Assembly (NCBI GenBank): GCA_051294905.1
Contig: CM119380.1
Span: 21,886,001-21,950,000, forward strand
Length of the DNA: 64,000 nt
Source: Botryllus schlosseri
Lineage: Eukaryota
Direction of reading: 5' to 3'
Under the pieces are notes generated by a model. It saw nothing but the letters and a program-made list of their open reading frames with translations. It was not told the origin of the DNA and did not search any database. Position numbers and translations under genes: made by a program. Shown piece by piece: positions 62,401 through 64,000 of this stretch. Every line of letters begins with the position of its first letter. Position 1 is the first letter of the stretch.

Positions 62401-64000
62401 GTCATCAAGTTATTTGAACTCTGGCTCGATGTCGAACTTAGAAACCATTAGTAAAGTCTGCATGTGAACATTTGTTAGATTGGAACGCAGCATTGTCTTG
62501 TTAATGTTCATGGTCGAAAATGTATGTAGACCCGTACAGAGCAAGGAGTTTCATGACCATGTTTCTCACATTATTTTGTCAGGACGGAAACTGTTTGCGG
62601 GCCGTATGTTGCCCGCCCCTGTCTTAGAGACTAGTGTTCGACCCTCAACCCCGACTGACCTGCGCGTTATCTTTTGCAGGTGCAGGCGGCAATATTTTCG
62701 GATCTGCCCCCAAACCGACAACAAACAGCCCTTTCGGAGGGGGCGCCTCGAGCGGAGCCCCTGACAATAAACCCTCCCCCTTTGGATCTTCTTCCGGGAT
62801 GAAGAGCGCTTTCGGGACCGGGTCCGCCTTTGGCGCGGCGGGCCAGACCCAACGCGCGGCGCCTGCGTTTGGCAGCTCGGCCGCGACTCCGGCGTTCGGC
62901 AGCTCAGCCCCGGCAGCAGGCGGGGCTTTTGGCAAATCGGCAGCGGCTGTTTCGAACAATGTATTCGGAGGGGGAAATGCGGGAAAACCCGCGTTTGGAC
63001 AATCTTCGTCTGCGACTATGCTGGGCGCTAACAACCCGTCGACTGGTATGTGCGATGTTGGTTAAGCCTTATAAGTATATTACATCACAAGTAGAAGTAA
63101 ATCAAGTAATAATCGTCTCTCGACTCTAATTACAATTACCGACAAGATGGGGTAATTGTGGAGGTCGGGGGGGGGGGTCAATCCACGGTCTAGTCACACC
63201 TGATCAGTAGCACTGGTATCTGTGGCTTTGCCACTTGGCGCACAGCATATCACCCTGTTGCAGACTCGGTGCAGATTTTGCCTTGTAAGGCTTCGTAAGT
63301 CTTGCATCACCCCTCCAGCGGCATATGCACATCATAGACTCGAGCTGTGCACATGCACAGATCGTGTGTAAGTGTATCACGAGTCGGCGTATACGCCGCG
63401 ACAATCAAGGACAAGTAGGTATCCCGTCCTGTTCTAATTAATTGATGCTCGGTTACGACTCGAGCAGTCAAATCGTCGATGAGACACTGCGAACGGATGT
63501 TACCTTCGAAATATTGCTTGGTCACCGTGATGCTGCAAAAATTTCACTCGCAAAAGAGAACTGGACCTTTTGCGAAACTGCGTTTTACTTTACAAGCGTC
63601 AAATTGTCAAAAAGCGAGCGATCTTACTTTGCGGTAGTTCGAGTGGAAGGGCAATCGGTCTGTAAACGGAAAGGCTGCTGCATTACTCGAAATAGTGGAA
63701 GTAGTTCTTTACTTACCACCTCTGCTGAATAGAATTTCGGAATTCCGAACGAGTATCAATGCGGCAGAAATACTGCAACTCCAGCGCCCTGCAGGACCCC
63801 ACCCCGGTCTCGTAGCCAAGAACGAATTCCACTCCGGCTGTAGGCTACGTAACGGTGATCTTCACGCATTTCCATTCGACGCAGGCGGCTTTCAGTTTGG
63901 GGCTTCCAACACCCAACAAAACGCCGGATTTCAATTCGGGGCCGGCAGCAAGCAAGCGAGCAATCAGCCTAGTACAGGTTTCGCCTTCGGATCGTCTAAC
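47428..64000 (+). CDS. NUP153: Nucleoporin NUP153 (N-terminal domain, two RanBP2-type zinc fingers, FG repeats), 3' truncated by the window end
   Basis: 28 phase-consistent exons (about 1364 codons): 47428-47523, 47583-47703, 48886-49031, 49095-49254, 49320-49394, 50339-50466, 50525-50632, 50695-50862, 51538-51585, 51650-51840, 51899-51990, 52643-52773, 52843-52965, 53734-53817, 53882-54137, 55202-55595, 55663-55799, 57592-57756, 59039-59272, 60367-60513, 60576-60689, 60752-60820, 61070-61138, 61489-61614, 61684-61794, 61866-61982, 62680-63045, 63885-end. Motifs GGGKIRPRR, SKVSDSVK, SFYDGAVKFGGA, SSARKILQTLEKISSPLSDARRIP, WSCEVCMIPN..CAAC, WECEVCMVPN..CEAC and FxFG repeats. Confidence 0.96.
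47753..47845 (+). ncRNA. SNORD34: Box C/D snoRNA, SNORD34 (U34/snR62)-like, copy 1, in NUP153 intron 2
   Basis: Terminal stem TGCCT/AGGCA, C box TGATGA (47759), guide GCCTACATTGT followed by D' TTGA, C' GTGATGA (47816), D CTGA (47838). Guide is complementary to conserved 28S AACAAUGUAGG. CCTACATTGTTTGA matches recalled human SNORD34. Confidence 0.85.
49737..49829 (+). ncRNA. SNORD34: Box C/D snoRNA, SNORD34-like, copy 2, in NUP153 intron 5
   Basis: Stem AGCCT/AGGCT, C box GTGATGA (49744), the same 23-nt GATGATCAGCCTACATTGTTTGA as copy 1, C'-like ATGATT (49800), D CTGA (49820). Confidence 0.85.
53016..53156 (+). ncRNA. Candidate structured intronic RNA (possible H/ACA-type), copy A
   Basis: Shares TGATCAGT, TGGTATCTGTGG, CAGCAT, GGTGCAG..GCCTT..AGGCT..TGCATC, TCCAGYGGYA and ACATC with 63201-63335. 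Two hairpins can be drawn. No canonical H box found. Confidence 0.5.
53184..53517. mobile_element. Family A hAT MITE, shortened copy
   Basis: TGGGGCTGTT..AACAGCCCTA ends, flanks ATGTGCAA / ATGTGCAC. Confidence 0.7.
54287..54405. mobile_element. Minimal family D hAT MITE
   Basis: TIR CAGGGTTGTAA / TTACAACCCTG, TSD TGGTTTAG / TAGTTTAG. Confidence 0.85.
59478..60283 (+). mobile_element. Charlie/Buster-type hAT deletion derivative
   Basis: TIR TAGTGGTCATCAACC / GGTTGAGAACCACTA, TSD GTCTATTG / GTCTGTTG, remnant FW..YPNVSTEAL..FATTYICGNGFSALVHIK. Confidence 0.85.
63201..63335 (+). ncRNA. Candidate structured intronic RNA (possible H/ACA-type), copy B
   Basis: Homologous to 53016-53156. Hairpins GGTATCTGTG/CACAGCATATC and GGTGCA..GCCTT-gt-AAGGC..TGCATC, followed by an ACA-containing tail. 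Confidence 0.5.

Overview
Animal (invertebrate-like) genomic DNA with GT-AG introns as short as about 57 nt, one assembly gap (23399-23534) and many transposons. Most short ORFs in the supplied track are spurious. By manual splicing I reconstruct four multi-exon genes: (1) an unassigned gene of about 1270-1290 aa whose first coding exon is 2.9 kb (+, 8627-20962); (2) a CCM2/malcavernin orthologue with PTB and harmonin-homology domains (+, about 24.8-38.36 kb); (3) an ICAP1/ITGB1BP1 orthologue (-, 40540-38659) lying tail-to-tail with CCM2, stop codons 302 bp apart; (4) NUP153 (+, 47428 to beyond the window end). The most notable result is that the two KRIT1-binding PTB proteins of the CCM complex are adjacent and share intron positions, which suggests a preserved ancient tandem duplication. 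NUP153 introns carry two SNORD34-like C/D snoRNAs and a second pair of homologous structured elements. The repeats include hAT elements with 8-bp TSDs (one nested pair), identical twin CACTA-ended MITEs, foldback elements, a P-element/THAP remnant, LINE 3' ends and a tRNA-Val-like SINE. Homology calls are from recalled protein and RNA motifs, not database searches.
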